Shown in pieces: positions 1 to 9,937 of a stretch of DNA of 64,000 nucleotides. Positions within the stretch are counted from its first letter, which is position 1; each line of letters opens with the position of its first letter. Made by a program: the position numbers and the translations under genes. The stretch is from Sedimentisphaerales bacterium (lineage in GTDB: Bacteria; Planctomycetota; Phycisphaerae; Sedimentisphaerales; SM23-30): positions 384,001 through 448,000 of the forward strand of contig CAXXFK010000028.1 in assembly GCA_963663965.2 (NCBI GenBank), read 5' to 3'. Under the pieces are notes generated by a model that was not told where the DNA came from, made no database searches, and was given only the letters and a program-made list of their open reading frames with translations.

Positions 1-674
1 TTTCCATGCGGTCCAGTGTCCGGCTGGTGATGAGCCTGTTCAAGGTGATCATTATTGGTGCCGTCGCTTTCGTCTCGATTAAAGGTTTTATTCCCGAGCT
101 GATCGGTCTGTCCGGGCTCGCCTTTACCGAAGTCATTACCCATAGCGGCCAGATGATCTTCCTGCTGGGATTACGCATGGCGCTGGTTTTGTTCCTGCTG
201 GCCGTGGCGGATTATTCCTACCAGCGCTTTCAGATGATGCGCGACCTGCGCATGTCCAAGGAGGAAGTCAAGGAAGAAATGAAACGCATGGAAGGCGATC
301 CCACCATGAGACAGCGCCGCCGCGCCGTCGCCCGCCAACTGGCCAATCAGCGCATGAGCCAGGCCGTGCCCAAAGCCGATGTGGTGGTGACCAACCCGAC
401 CGAACTGGCTATCGCCCTCAAATACGATCCCGAAAACATGGCCGCCCCCAAGGTGGTCGCCAAAGGCGCCGGCTATATGGCCCGCCGCATTCGTGAAATC
501 GCTCTCGATAACAATGTCCCTATTCTCGAACGCAAACCACTGGCCCGCGCGCTGTTCAAGGCTTGCGAAGTCGGTGATTTTGTACCGCCCGAATTGTATA
601 AGGCCGTCGCCGAAGTTCTGGCCTATGTCTTCCAGCTGGCCGGCAAGGGCTTTAATCGCTCTGTGGCCTCTTAA
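1..674 (+). CDS. flhB: Flagellar export protein FlhB, 5'-truncated by the window edge
   Basis: LRMSKEEVKEEMKRMEGDP, VVVTNPTE autocleavage loop, APKVVAKG, LARALF; directly upstream of flhA. Confidence 0.96.
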   Translation, partial: SMRSSVRLVMSLFKVIIIGAVAFVSIKGFIPELIGLSGLAFTEVITHSGQMIFLLGLRMALVLFLLAVADYSYQRFQMMRDLRMSKEEVKEEMKRMEGDPTMRQRRRAVARQLANQRMSQAVPKADVVVTNPTELAIALKYDPENMAAPKVVAKGAGYMARRIREIALDNNVPILERKPLARALFKACEVGDFVPPELYKAVAEVLAYVFQLAGKGFNRSVAS

Positions 675-712
675 CTGTGCTGACTCCTTTATCTTAATGC
701 AATAATTCAAAC

Positions 713-2818
713 ATGGCTCAAACTGTCACAAAAACAAACCGGCGCACGATGTTGCTGAACGCGATCATGAACAGCAGGGAACTCGTCCTGCCGATCGCGG
801 CGGTCAGTCTGATTTTTGTCATGTTGATCCCCTTGCCCACCTGGATGCTGGATGGCTTTCTTGCGGCCAATCTGGCCTTCTCCGCGGTGATTCTGCTCAC
901 CACCATCTTTGTCCAGAGCCCGCTGGAATTTTCCGTGTTCCCGTCGCTCCTGCTGGTTGCCACCTTGTTCCGCCTGGTCCTGAATATCGCCACTACCCGA
1001 AAAATCCTGACTGCCGGCGAATCGCCCAACGCCATGCAGGCGGCCGGACAGGTGATCGAAGCGTTCTCGCGTTTCGTGTCGGGCGATTCGCTCATGGTGG
1101 GACTGATCATCTTTATTATTCTGGTCGTTATCCAGTTTGTGGTCATCACCAAAGGCGCCACGCGTATCAGTGAAGTCGCCGCCCGGTTCACCTTGGATGG
1201 CATGCCCGGCAAACAAATGGCCATTGACGCCGACCTCAATGCCGGACTCATCAATGAAGTCGAAGCCCGTCAGCGTCGCGAATCGATCTCGCGTGAAGCC
1301 GATTTCTACGGTGCCATGGATGGTGCCAGTAAATTTGTGCGCGGAGATGCCATCGCCGGCATTATCATTACCCTGGTCAATATTGTCGGCGGGATCGTTG
1401 TCGGCAAATTCCAGCACGGCATGGCCCTGGGCGAATGCTTCAAGGTCTTTACCCAGCTCACCATTGGTGATGGCCTGGTCAGCCAGATCCCGGCGTTTAT
1501 TATTTCGATTGCGGCCGGTCTGCTGGTCACCCGGTCGACGGCCCGCAGCAATCTGGGCTTTGAAATCATTACCCAGGTCACCAGCAAACCCGTCGCCTTG
1601 ATTGTCACGGCGATCTTCCTGGTCTTCCTGGCCATGACCCGGCTTCCCGCTATCCCGTTAAGTGTCCTGGCCTTCAGTTGTATCGGTATCGCCTGGGTGA
1701 TCGAAACCAGCCACAAAAAAACCGAAAGCAAACGGGTCGAACAGGAAAAGAAAGCGGCGCCCGAGGCCAAGGCCGATAAAATCGAAGAACTGCTCCCCGT
1801 CGATCGGCTCGAAATGGAAATCGGTTACGCCCTGATTCGTCTGGTCGATGTCAAGCAGGGGGGCGATCTGCTCAATCGCATCTCTTTGATTCGCCGGCAG
1901 ATTGCACTGGATCTGGGCATTATCGTTCCCAGTATCCGCATTCGTGACAATGTCCAGCTCGAATCCAATGCCTATAGCATCAAGCTGAAAGGAATCGAAA
2001 TCGCTCGGGGGGTCGTGTATCCCGCCCAGTATCTGGCCATGGATTCCGGGGTCACCACCGGTAAAATCGCCGGGATTGATACCCGTGAACCGGCTTTTGG
2101 ATTGCCGGCCGTCTGGATCCCCGAAAGCCGCAAGGAACAGGCCGAAATGATGAACTATACCGTGGTGGACTGCTCCAGCGTGCTGGCCACTCACCTGACC
2201 GAAGTCATCAAGAGTCACGCCGCCGAATTGCTTACCCGCCAGGATCTCAACAAGCTGATCGAAGCGGCCAAGGAAAAATCCAACGCCGTGGTGGAAGAAG
2301 TCGTCGGCGGTACGATGAAAGCCGGGGACATTCAAAAGATTTTGCAGGCGTTGCTGGAAGAACGCGTGCCCATTCGCGATATGGAGTCCATTCTCGAAAC
2401 CCTGGGCGATTGGGGCGGACGCACGCAGGATCTCGAAGTTTTGGCGGAATATGTCAGAAATACCCTTGCAAGAACCATCTGTTCGCAGTATCGTGATGAC
2501 GATGGTAAAATTCGATGTGTGACCATTGATCCCGCGTTGGAAGATACCATGAATCGGTATGTCGAAAGGACCGATCGTGGCAGCTTCCTGACCCTGCCTC
2601 CGGCGATTGCCAATCAGATTGTCCAGGCGTCCAGTCAACAGCTGCAAAAATTGATTGAACTCGGTGGACAGCCCGTGTTATTATGCTCGCCGCAAATCCG
2701 TTTACACTTGCGCCGTTTGATTGCGCCTCATATTAGTAATATTGCCGTTTTGGCCTATAACGAGATCGTACAGGGAACAGAAATTGAGTCTGTTGGTATG
2801 GTGGTGATTGAACAATGA
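713..2818 (+). CDS. flhA: Flagellar export gate protein FlhA
   Basis: FHIPEP motifs EVAARFTLDGMPGKQMAIDAD and DFYGAMDGASKFVRGDAIAG; N-terminal TM region; 701 aa. Confidence 0.98.
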   Translation: MAQTVTKTNRRTMLLNAIMNSRELVLPIAAVSLIFVMLIPLPTWMLDGFLAANLAFSAVILLTTIFVQSPLEFSVFPSLLLVATLFRLVLNIATTRKILTAGESPNAMQAAGQVIEAFSRFVSGDSLMVGLIIFIILVVIQFVVITKGATRISEVAARFTLDGMPGKQMAIDADLNAGLINEVEARQRRESISREADFYGAMDGASKFVRGDAIAGIIITLVNIVGGIVVGKFQHGMALGECFKVFTQLTIGDGLVSQIPAFIISIAAGLLVTRSTARSNLGFEIITQVTSKPVALIVTAIFLVFLAMTRLPAIPLSVLAFSCIGIAWVIETSHKKTESKRVEQEKKAAPEAKADKIEELLPVDRLEMEIGYALIRLVDVKQGGDLLNRISLIRRQIALDLGIIVPSIRIRDNVQLESNAYSIKLKGIEIARGVVYPAQYLAMDSGVTTGKIAGIDTREPAFGLPAVWIPESRKEQAEMMNYTVVDCSSVLATHLTEVIKSHAAELLTRQDLNKLIEAAKEKSNAVVEEVVGGTMKAGDIQKILQALLEERVPIRDMESILETLGDWGGRTQDLEVLAEYVRNTLARTICSQYRDDDGKIRCVTIDPALEDTMNRYVERTDRGSFLTLPPAIANQIVQASSQQLQKLIELGGQPVLLCSPQIRLHLRRLIAPHISNIAVLAYNEIVQGTEIESVGMVVIEQ

Positions 2819-4170
2819 AATTAAAAACTTTTAGAGCGGCTAATATGCCAAAAGCCCTGGCCCTGGTCAAGCAGCATCTCGGATCTGATGCCGTGATTGT
2901 GCATACCCGAACCTTCAAGCAAGGGGGAATGCTTGGCCTGGGCGCCAAAACGTTTGTTGAAATTACCGCCCGCAAACCCGAACCTTCCGAGTCGGCCAGA
3001 CCGCCTCGGGTATCCGCACCGGCATCGGGCGGGGTGAATAAACGGCTCGTCCGCATGTACTCACAGGATGCCAGTGTTCCCGATAAGAATGCTCTCAATA
3101 CCGCCGTGGCCCGCAGTAATCGCGCCGCTGCACGGATCGGCCCCGAACTCCTTAATGAGCCTGCCGGCAAACGCATCAATCTCGATCCGGCTACCATTAA
3201 AAAAACAGCCACGCGCGCGGCGGATATCTCATCGGATATCAGCCAGGAAATGGTGCGTGGCGAGATTTCCCAGTTGCGTCAGCTCGTCGAAAACCTGGTG
3301 CGCGAACAGCGCCAGTTGCACGCCCCCCAGATGCCCGAACAACTTTTCGATATTTATCTCGACCTCATCCAGCGCGAGGTTGCCGATGAAATCGCCAAAG
3401 AACTCATTCAGGAAGTCCAGCGCGACATGACCGGCAACCAGATCATGAGCGCCGATCTGGTCCGCCAGAAAATTGTCAATGTCCTTGACAATATCATCAG
3501 TACTGCCGGTCCCATCTGCGAAAATCTTGATGGCCGGGCTCGGGTGGTGGTCTTGATTGGGCCAACCGGTGTGGGTAAAACCACCTCCATCGCCAAAATC
3601 GCGGCCAACCTTAAACTCCGTCAGAATAAAAAGGTCGGACTGATTACCATCGATACCTACCGGATCGGGGCCGTCGACCAGTTACGCATGTATGCCCAGA
3701 TTATCGATGTGCCGCTCCAGGTAGTATTAACCCCCTCCGACTTGCGCGGCGCGATCGATGCCATGAGCGATAAAGATGTCATTCTCATTGATACCGCCGG
3801 ACGCAGCCAGAACGACGAACTGAAAATGCACGAACTGAAAACCTTTCTCAACGCGGCACAGCCCGATGAAATTCACCTGGTGATTTCCAGTACGGCCAAT
3901 CAGTCTCACATGCTCAGCGCCGTGGAAAAATTCAAATCGCTCGGCGTGGACCGTATCATTCTGACTAAATTGGACGAAGCGATCAGTTTTGGCGTCATAT
4001 TATCTGTTATGAAGAAAATGAACGCCTCCATCTCTTATATAACCACCGGTCAGAGTGTGCCGGATGATATCGAAGTGGCCGTGGGCCGAAAGCTTGCCCG
4101 GATGTTGCTCGGCATGCACAACCTGGATGGGATGGTAAGTGCCCATCTCGCCAAAGAATACACAGCTTGA
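2815..4170 (+). CDS. flhF: SRP-family GTPase FlhF
   Basis: GPTGVGKTT, DTYRIGA, DTAGRS, TKLDE, GQSVPDD; start overlaps the flhA stop. Confidence 0.96.
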   Translation: MKLKTFRAANMPKALALVKQHLGSDAVIVHTRTFKQGGMLGLGAKTFVEITARKPEPSESARPPRVSAPASGGVNKRLVRMYSQDASVPDKNALNTAVARSNRAAARIGPELLNEPAGKRINLDPATIKKTATRAADISSDISQEMVRGEISQLRQLVENLVREQRQLHAPQMPEQLFDIYLDLIQREVADEIAKELIQEVQRDMTGNQIMSADLVRQKIVNVLDNIISTAGPICENLDGRARVVVLIGPTGVGKTTSIAKIAANLKLRQNKKVGLITIDTYRIGAVDQLRMYAQIIDVPLQVVLTPSDLRGAIDAMSDKDVILIDTAGRSQNDELKMHELKTFLNAAQPDEIHLVISSTANQSHMLSAVEKFKSLGVDRIILTKLDEAISFGVILSVMKKMNASISYITTGQSVPDDIEVAVGRKLARMLLGMHNLDGMVSAHLAKEYTA

Positions 4171-4196
4171 CTGCCTGAGAAAATGGAGAAACAGCG

Positions 4197-5045
4197 ATGA
4201 TTGTTGATCAGGCCGAAAAATTAAGATTAATGGTTCGAAAAGCCAGAAAAACTGCCCGTGTGATTACCATCAGCAGCGGCAAAGGCGGTGTGGGCAAGAC
4301 CAATATCGCCGCCAATCTGGCCATCTGCCTCAGGGCCACAGGAAAACGGGTCCTGCTCTTGGATGCCGACCTTGGGCTGGCCAATCTGGATGTCATCTTT
4401 AATGTCCGGCCACGACTCAACCTGGCCCATGTCATCTCAGGCCAGCGCCATATCGATGAAATCACCCAGCGCGTTGCCGGAGGAGTGGATCTGATCTGTG
4501 GTTTGTCCGGCCTGGCCGATGCCGCCGACCTTAGCGATTTCCAGCGTCAGCGCCTTTTACAGGAACTTTCCACCCTGGAACATCAGACCGACTATATTAT
4601 TATCGATACCGGCGCCGGTATCTCCAGCAATGTCATGTGTTTTTGCGACGCGGCTGATATGTGCCTGATCGTTACCACACCCGAACCAACCAGTATTACC
4701 GATGCCTATACCCTCATCAAACGCATCAGTCTGAACGCCTCTGGCGCCAAAGTCTCGCTTCTGTGCAATATGGCTGAAACTCGCAACGAAGCGCGGGGGG
4801 TTTATCAGCGCCTGTCCAGTACCGCCCAGCGCTTCTTGTCCCTGTCGATCGCCGATGCCGGTTATATCCTGCGGGATAGCCATGTCAGTGACGCGGTCAA
4901 TCTCTGTGAGCCGGTGGTCCTGGCTTATCCCAGGTGTCAGGCCAGCTATTGTATCCTGGCTCTCGCTGGCAAAGTTAGTTCCGGTAACTCGCGACTGGAT
5001 GCCGATTCCGGGTTCTTCCGTAAGGTGGTTAACTGGTTCTTTTAA
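4197..5045 (+). CDS. flhG: MinD/ParA-type flagellar number regulator FlhG/FleN
   Basis: N-terminal DQAxxLR motif, SGKGGVGKT, DADLGLAN, DTGAG, TTPEPTSITDAY, amphipathic C-terminus FFRKVVNWFF. Confidence 0.93.
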   Translation: MIVDQAEKLRLMVRKARKTARVITISSGKGGVGKTNIAANLAICLRATGKRVLLLDADLGLANLDVIFNVRPRLNLAHVISGQRHIDEITQRVAGGVDLICGLSGLADAADLSDFQRQRLLQELSTLEHQTDYIIIDTGAGISSNVMCFCDAADMCLIVTTPEPTSITDAYTLIKRISLNASGAKVSLLCNMAETRNEARGVYQRLSSTAQRFLSLSIADAGYILRDSHVSDAVNLCEPVVLAYPRCQASYCILALAGKVSSGNSRLDADSGFFRKVVNWFF

Positions 5046-5070
5046 ACTTTGATGATTATTAAGCCGATAA
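5043..5070 (+). promoter_or_regulatory. Sigma-28 (FliA/SigD)-type promoter
   Basis: TAAACTTT (5043-5050) and exact GCCGATAA (5063-5070), 16 nt between TAAA and the -10 box, upstream of orf5145-fliA. Confidence 0.75.
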
Positions 5071-5144
5071 TAACATAAGACTGCGTCTTATGAGACTGTA
5101 ATAGATAACACGTTGTTAATGAAGAAGTTATAAGGAATTCTTGC

Positions 5145-5456
5145 ATGACTCGACAATTATGCAGTGCTGGCCTGGCTTTTATAGGCTTCAGTATGAGTCT
5201 GATTATCGGACTCTTCGCGCAGAATTCTTATACCACCGTTGTGTCCCGGGCTCTTTATGTCATGATGGTCTTTTACATGCTCGGGCTGTTCATTTCTGTC
5301 GTGGGTGACCGCGTCATCCAGGAAAATTTTAACCAGGAAATCGAAATCCTGGAATCCCAGTTAGAAAGCAAGGTCTCGGAGGTAGCAGATTCGAGTGGGG
5401 CGGAGCCCAGATCGTCGAATTCGGCTGTCGCGGCCGAACCGGTTCCCGTTTCCTAG
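5145..5456 (+). CDS. Small two-TM membrane protein in the flagellar operon
   Basis: 103 aa, two hydrophobic segments then an acidic tail, AAGGA RBS, between flhG and fliA. Confidence 0.75.
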   Translation: MTRQLCSAGLAFIGFSMSLIIGLFAQNSYTTVVSRALYVMMVFYMLGLFISVVGDRVIQENFNQEIEILESQLESKVSEVADSSGAEPRSSNSAVAAEPVPVS

Positions 5457-5551
5457 AATGCCTGGTAGTGTTTTATGGTATTCCTGATTCGAATCGACCT
5501 TGCCCGTAGAAAGAGTGCTGAAAATCGACCCCTGTCTGAGAGGATAGAGCA

Positions 5552-6364
5552 ATGCTAAAAACCCAAAAGGAGAAAACTCAAGTCAACAAAGCTCAAAAAG
5601 AAGAAGAGTTGATGAAAATTTGGGTTAAATTCAAAAAAGATGGTAAAGAAGATTTCCGTAACCGGCTCATGGAAGAATATCTCTTCCTGGTCAAATACAA
5701 TGCCGAACGCATCTATGCCAAGTTGCCCGATGAGGTCGATCTTGACGACCTGATCAGTGCCGGTGTTTTTGGTCTGATGGATGCCATTAACTCCTTTGAC
5801 CTCGAGCGCGGTGTCAAATTCTCCACTTATTGCGCCCCGCGTATCCGCGGCGCCATCCTCGATGAACTGCGCAGTATGGACTGGGTGCCCCGTCTGGTGC
5901 GCAGTCGCGCCTCCAAACTCGAACAGGCCAGCAAAGAGTTCGAATGCGAGCACGGCCGCAGCGCCAGCGATGAAGAAATCGCCGGACGCATGGGCGTCAG
6001 TCAGGATGAATACATCAAACTCAAACGCGACGCCACCGCCGTCTCTCTGGTCTCGCTCAGCCGCAAATGGTTCGAAACCGACAGCCAGAAGGATATTTGC
6101 GAAATCGATGTCCTCGAAGATAAAAGCGGCGAAAATCCACTCCAGGAAATCCAGAAACGCGATCTCAAGGATGTCATGACCCGCGGACTCACCCGTGCCG
6201 AAAAACTCATCATCGTCCTTTACTATTACGAAGAAATGACCATGAAAGAAATCGGCGCCACCCTCGACCTTTCCGAATCCCGCGTCTCCCAGATGCACTC
6301 ATCCATCCTGGCGCGGCTCAAGGCCCAGATCCTCCACAAACGCCAGGAAATCCACGTCGGCTGA
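5552..6364 (+). CDS. fliA: RNA polymerase sigma-28 factor, FliA/WhiG family
   Basis: DLISAGVFGLMDAI, RIRGAILDELRSMDWVPR, LYYYEEMTMKEIGATLDLSESRVSQMH. Confidence 0.96.
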   Translation: MLKTQKEKTQVNKAQKEEELMKIWVKFKKDGKEDFRNRLMEEYLFLVKYNAERIYAKLPDEVDLDDLISAGVFGLMDAINSFDLERGVKFSTYCAPRIRGAILDELRSMDWVPRLVRSRASKLEQASKEFECEHGRSASDEEIAGRMGVSQDEYIKLKRDATAVSLVSLSRKWFETDSQKDICEIDVLEDKSGENPLQEIQKRDLKDVMTRGLTRAEKLIIVLYYYEEMTMKEIGATLDLSESRVSQMHSSILARLKAQILHKRQEIHVG

Positions 6365-6377
6365 CCCCGGCGTTCAC

Positions 6378-6543
6378 AAAGGGTACCTCTAAAAATTGCT
6401 TTAGAGGCGAAAGCGAGGATGGTTTTTCTCTGGCAAGGAACAAAGAACCGGGCATATTGACTATATTCACGGTTTTTTGTGACGCAGACCAGAGGAACAC
6501 CAGACCGCTTGCAGCCCTGAATGAATTATTTGAGGTTCCCTTT
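6378..6543. repeat. ~165-bp imperfect palindromic element (MITE/RPE-like)
   Basis: Left end AGGGTACCTCTAAAAATT matches the reverse complement of the right end (AGGGAACCTCAAATAATT); nested inner arms TGGTTTTTCTCTGG/CCAGAGGAACACCA and ACAAAGAACCG/CGGTTTTTTGT. Confidence 0.7.
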
Positions 6544-7128
6544 AGCCCTTATTCATCGTTTTTCCTATTCCGGCCGCAAAAGATTACTTTGCGGCTGTTT
6601 TCATGCGCGTTTATCTGTTTTTGAACTTATAATCATCTATTCAAAATCACGTTATTATACTCTGTTTGGGAACCGGGTCTCCATTTCAATCCATACCCCA
6701 AGCATGTCTCCAGCCCTTTTTAAGAGTATACATTGACAGTTGTCTCCGTTTTCTTGTTTACGATCGAAACCAACCTCTTCAACCCATAGTTCCCATCTCA
6801 ACCCATCGTCTCATAAATTCTTGACCTGATCGGTTACACGGGTATAAATGACTTATCGCCATCATCGGCGCTGAATAGCATGGATGTACCAGCTAACTTG
6901 ATTAACAAAACGGGGTTATGTGAAAAAATTGTCAACCATCCCCCATTCCTGTCGGGTTTTGATAAAAACCACCCACCGGCGTACGTAGATTACGATTATC
7001 TATTATTATCTTACTTTTATCTATTTTCTTTTATACTCATTGGGGTTAAGATTCAATGATATATTCGTCGAAAAGTGTATCGGTGCCCATTGCTGGCCAG
7101 GTTAAGGATCTGAATCAGGAGCATACAC

Positions 7129-7965
7129 ATGGAAAACAAATCCCTTAAAGGCTTCACGCTGATTGAGTTGCTGGTCGTTATTTCTATTATCGCCTTACTG
7201 GTCGCCATTCTCATGCCGGCGCTGGGCAAAGCCCGCAATCAGGCCAAAGCCACCACCTGCGCCGCGCATTTGCGTCAGTTCGGTTTGGCATGGAGTTACT
7301 ACGCCGAAGACAATAACGGGGATAATATCTGGTATGCCCCTTCAGGAGAATGGGCAAATGGCAAATTCTGGTTTTATCAGTTGGGGCCCTATTTCGGCGA
7401 TAAAAAATTTGGCACAGGGCAGGGAAGCAGCCAGAAAGGGGTCATGACCATTATGAACTGTCCTGCAACGCGTCCATACGACAACTCAAAATATTCAGAT
7501 CCAGCCACAAGTCCACGTTACGGTAGTAGTGATATGTCCTGGCAATGGAGAGCGTTAGACACTGGCCAGACTAACGTTCAGGATCTGCAAGAAGGAAGTT
7601 ATACACTAAATGGCTGGATGCAGAAAAGAGATGTTACTGATCCTAAATATTATATGAAATACGATACGACTAAAAATGATGTGCCTCTGATATCGGATGG
7701 CGGTTGGGTCGATACTTGGCCCCAGAATAACGAAGTAGGATTGTTATCCAGTCTAAAAGACGTACAGGGTTCCGGAATCCCCGGAACCGGCTATCGTATG
7801 TATCCCAATCAATTGACTCGAGTGCTGCTGGATCGTCATAACCGCGGCATCAATATCTTGTTCAAAGGCGCCAATGTCGAACGGGTTCCCTTGGAAGATA
7901 TCTGCCAATACAAATGGCACAAACAATTCACCCCGGTATTCAACCTGGCGTTACCCGCCCACTAA
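7129..7965 (+). CDS. Prepilin-type N-terminal cleavage/methylation protein (DUF1559 / H-X9-DG-like)
   Basis: [33 protein letters not shown] motif; degenerate C-terminal [12 protein letters not shown]. Confidence 0.9.
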   Translation: MENKSLKGFTLIELLVVISIIALLVAILMPALGKARNQAKATTCAAHLRQFGLAWSYYAEDNNGDNIWYAPSGEWANGKFWFYQLGPYFGDKKFGTGQGSSQKGVMTIMNCPATRPYDNSKYSDPATSPRYGSSDMSWQWRALDTGQTNVQDLQEGSYTLNGWMQKRDVTDPKYYMKYDTTKNDVPLISDGGWVDTWPQNNEVGLLSSLKDVQGSGIPGTGYRMYPNQLTRVLLDRHNRGINILFKGANVERVPLEDICQYKWHKQFTPVFNLALPAH

Positions 7966-7991
7966 ATCGAACCCAGGCATCCATTCCCCCT

Positions 7992-8165
7992 CACGTAGCA
8001 CGGGCATCCTGCCCGTGATTTTTTTCCCCGTACCACGGGCATCTTGCCCGTGTTTTTCTTCCACGTAGCACCGTCATTCTGCCCGTGTTTTTCTTCCACG
8101 TAGCACCGTCATTCTGCCCATGTTTTTCTTCCACGTACTACGAGCGCTTTGCCCGTGATTTTCCT
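7992..8165 (+). repeat. Five tandem 35-bp REP-like units
   Basis: GTAG/GTAC at 7995, 8030, 8065, 8100, 8135, each followed by the hairpin CACGGGCA-TCC-TGCCCGTG or decayed versions and a T-rich linker. Confidence 0.85.
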
Positions 8166-8354
8166 TTCCTATAATCATAACCAAACATCCAATGAGAATC
8201 TCAATCTCCCGCCTGCTCAAATCCCCCCAACCTTAACTGCACCAACAGGATACCCGGAAAATAAATTTGTTATTCCGTATATAGCCAACTTGCTTTATGA
8301 TATCAATACCTGAAATAATGATATTTGTTAGTAAACACTGGGGAGTCATTCACT

Positions 8355-9812
8355 ATGGCCAGTAAAACAAGTCATTCAAAAACCACCGGCCCTTCCCCAA
8401 TCCTTTTGTCTGTCATCAGAACCGCTTGGCTCTGTTTGCTTTCAGGATTGATCTTCTACTCCAACAGCGCAGCTGCCCGGCAGCCGCAAAGCCCCTCAAC
8501 AGTGCTTTCCCCAACGATCCAGAAAACCATTGTTGATTGGTTCCCACTGGATCATGAGCCGCTCAAAGAACTGCCCCCGGCCGTCAAAAATTTCGAACCG
8601 GTTAATAAAGATCAGGTGGAACCGCTGAAAGATGAACTCTGGCAGGCCTATCGGCAAAGCCCAACTGGCCTGGCCCTGCGCGAAACACTCCCGGCCCCGC
8701 TGCTCTTAAAAGCAGGCGACAACCCAACCCAACAGCCTCACGAACTGAAAACCGGCGACAAAACCATGCCCTTTTATTTTATCGGCAAAGGCAATCTGGA
8801 TGGCCCGCGCCCGCTCTTTATCGCCTTACATGGCGGCGGTTCCGCCGGCGGCCGGGCCCCAACCCCGCACGGCTGGTCGGTCAATACCCGCGAATGGAAC
8901 ACCCAGGCCTCCTTGGCGGCCCGGGTCTATCCTGACGATGCCCTTTATTTCGTACCCAGAATGGCCGATGACAACGACGGCCGCTGGTATTACAACTATT
9001 GTCAGGATGCTTACGACCGGATCGTGCGCGCTGCCATTGCCTTCCATCAGGTCGATCCCGACCGGGTCTATCTGATTGGCATCTCGGAAGGGGCTTATAC
9101 CGCCTACCGCCTGGGCGCCTTTATGGCGGACCGCTGGGCCGGTGCGGGCAGCATGGCCGGCGGCGAGCCGTTAAATAACGCCCCGCCCCCAAATATGCGG
9201 AACATCGCTTTTCGTGCCGACATCGGAGAAAACGATACCATGTTCGATCGGATCGGTCTGAACCGCAGATACGGCGAAGCCCTGGCTCAGCTCAAAAAGG
9301 AAGATCCCGCTGGTTTCAATTACCTCATCAACGTCCAGCCCGGCCGGGGCCATGGCATCGATTATCAACCCTGCCCCCAATGGCTTTTACAACACCATAG
9401 AAACCCCTGGCCCAGCCGCGTCACCTGGCAGGTCATCAAGGTACACGGCCGGCGTAAGGCGCAGTTCTACTGGCTCGCCCTGGACCAGGACCCGCCCCAA
9501 TACCCGCTGGCTATCGATGCCATCCTGGACCGGCAAACCATCCGCCTTACCATGGAACAAGAAACCGATAACAGTCGCGTTCAAACCAGCCAGGTTCCTT
9601 TGCGTATCTACCTCAACGATCACATGCTGGACCTCGATCAACCCGTAACCGTCATCCTGAACGGCCAACAGGTTTTCGCCGCCCGGGTTCCCCTCAAACT
9701 CGATGTTATGCTAAAAAGCCTGGCCGAACGCGGCGATCCCCGTTACCTGTTCCCAGCCGAAATTGCCATTACCCCGGCCGGTAGTCAGTTGAGTAGGATG
9801 GGCAAATTTTAA
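8355..9812 (+). CDS. Secreted alpha/beta-hydrolase (esterase/peptidase-like)
   Basis: Hydrophobic signal ending near AAA; LHGGG, nucleophile elbow GISEG, GENDT, GRGHG; start moved to ATG 8355 behind GGGAG. Confidence 0.8.
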   Translation: MASKTSHSKTTGPSPILLSVIRTAWLCLLSGLIFYSNSAAARQPQSPSTVLSPTIQKTIVDWFPLDHEPLKELPPAVKNFEPVNKDQVEPLKDELWQAYRQSPTGLALRETLPAPLLLKAGDNPTQQPHELKTGDKTMPFYFIGKGNLDGPRPLFIALHGGGSAGGRAPTPHGWSVNTREWNTQASLAARVYPDDALYFVPRMADDNDGRWYYNYCQDAYDRIVRAAIAFHQVDPDRVYLIGISEGAYTAYRLGAFMADRWAGAGSMAGGEPLNNAPPPNMRNIAFRADIGENDTMFDRIGLNRRYGEALAQLKKEDPAGFNYLINVQPGRGHGIDYQPCPQWLLQHHRNPWPSRVTWQVIKVHGRRKAQFYWLALDQDPPQYPLAIDAILDRQTIRLTMEQETDNSRVQTSQVPLRIYLNDHMLDLDQPVTVILNGQQVFAARVPLKLDVMLKSLAERGDPRYLFPAEIAITPAGSQLSRMGKF

Positions 9813-9917
9813 ATTTGCCCATGCTGATAGATAGAAATAGCCATGAGCGCAGCGAATACTGATGATAGAGTTATATATTGGCCAGAATAAATACAATGCT
9901 AAATGCTACATGAATAA
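9794..9917 (+). repeat. Direct repeat copy 1 (~125 bp) starting with a REP-like palindrome
   Basis: Palindrome ATGGGCAAATTT-T-AAATTTGCCCAT, then GATAGAAATAGCCATGAGCGCAGCGAATAC...AGAATAAATACAATGCT...CATGAATAA; matches 11296-11428. Confidence 0.85.
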
Positions 9918-9937
9918 TATGTTATTTAAGGATAGTA

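Noticed and set aside
171..6298. Long antisense and alternate-frame ORFs over the flagellar genes (e.g. 1658-2647, 5555-6298)
   Set aside because: Shadows of well-supported GC-rich genes with no recognisable motifs
7992..8165. Possible CRISPR array
   Set aside because: 35-bp period with near-identical ~12-nt linkers, no unique spacers and no cas genes
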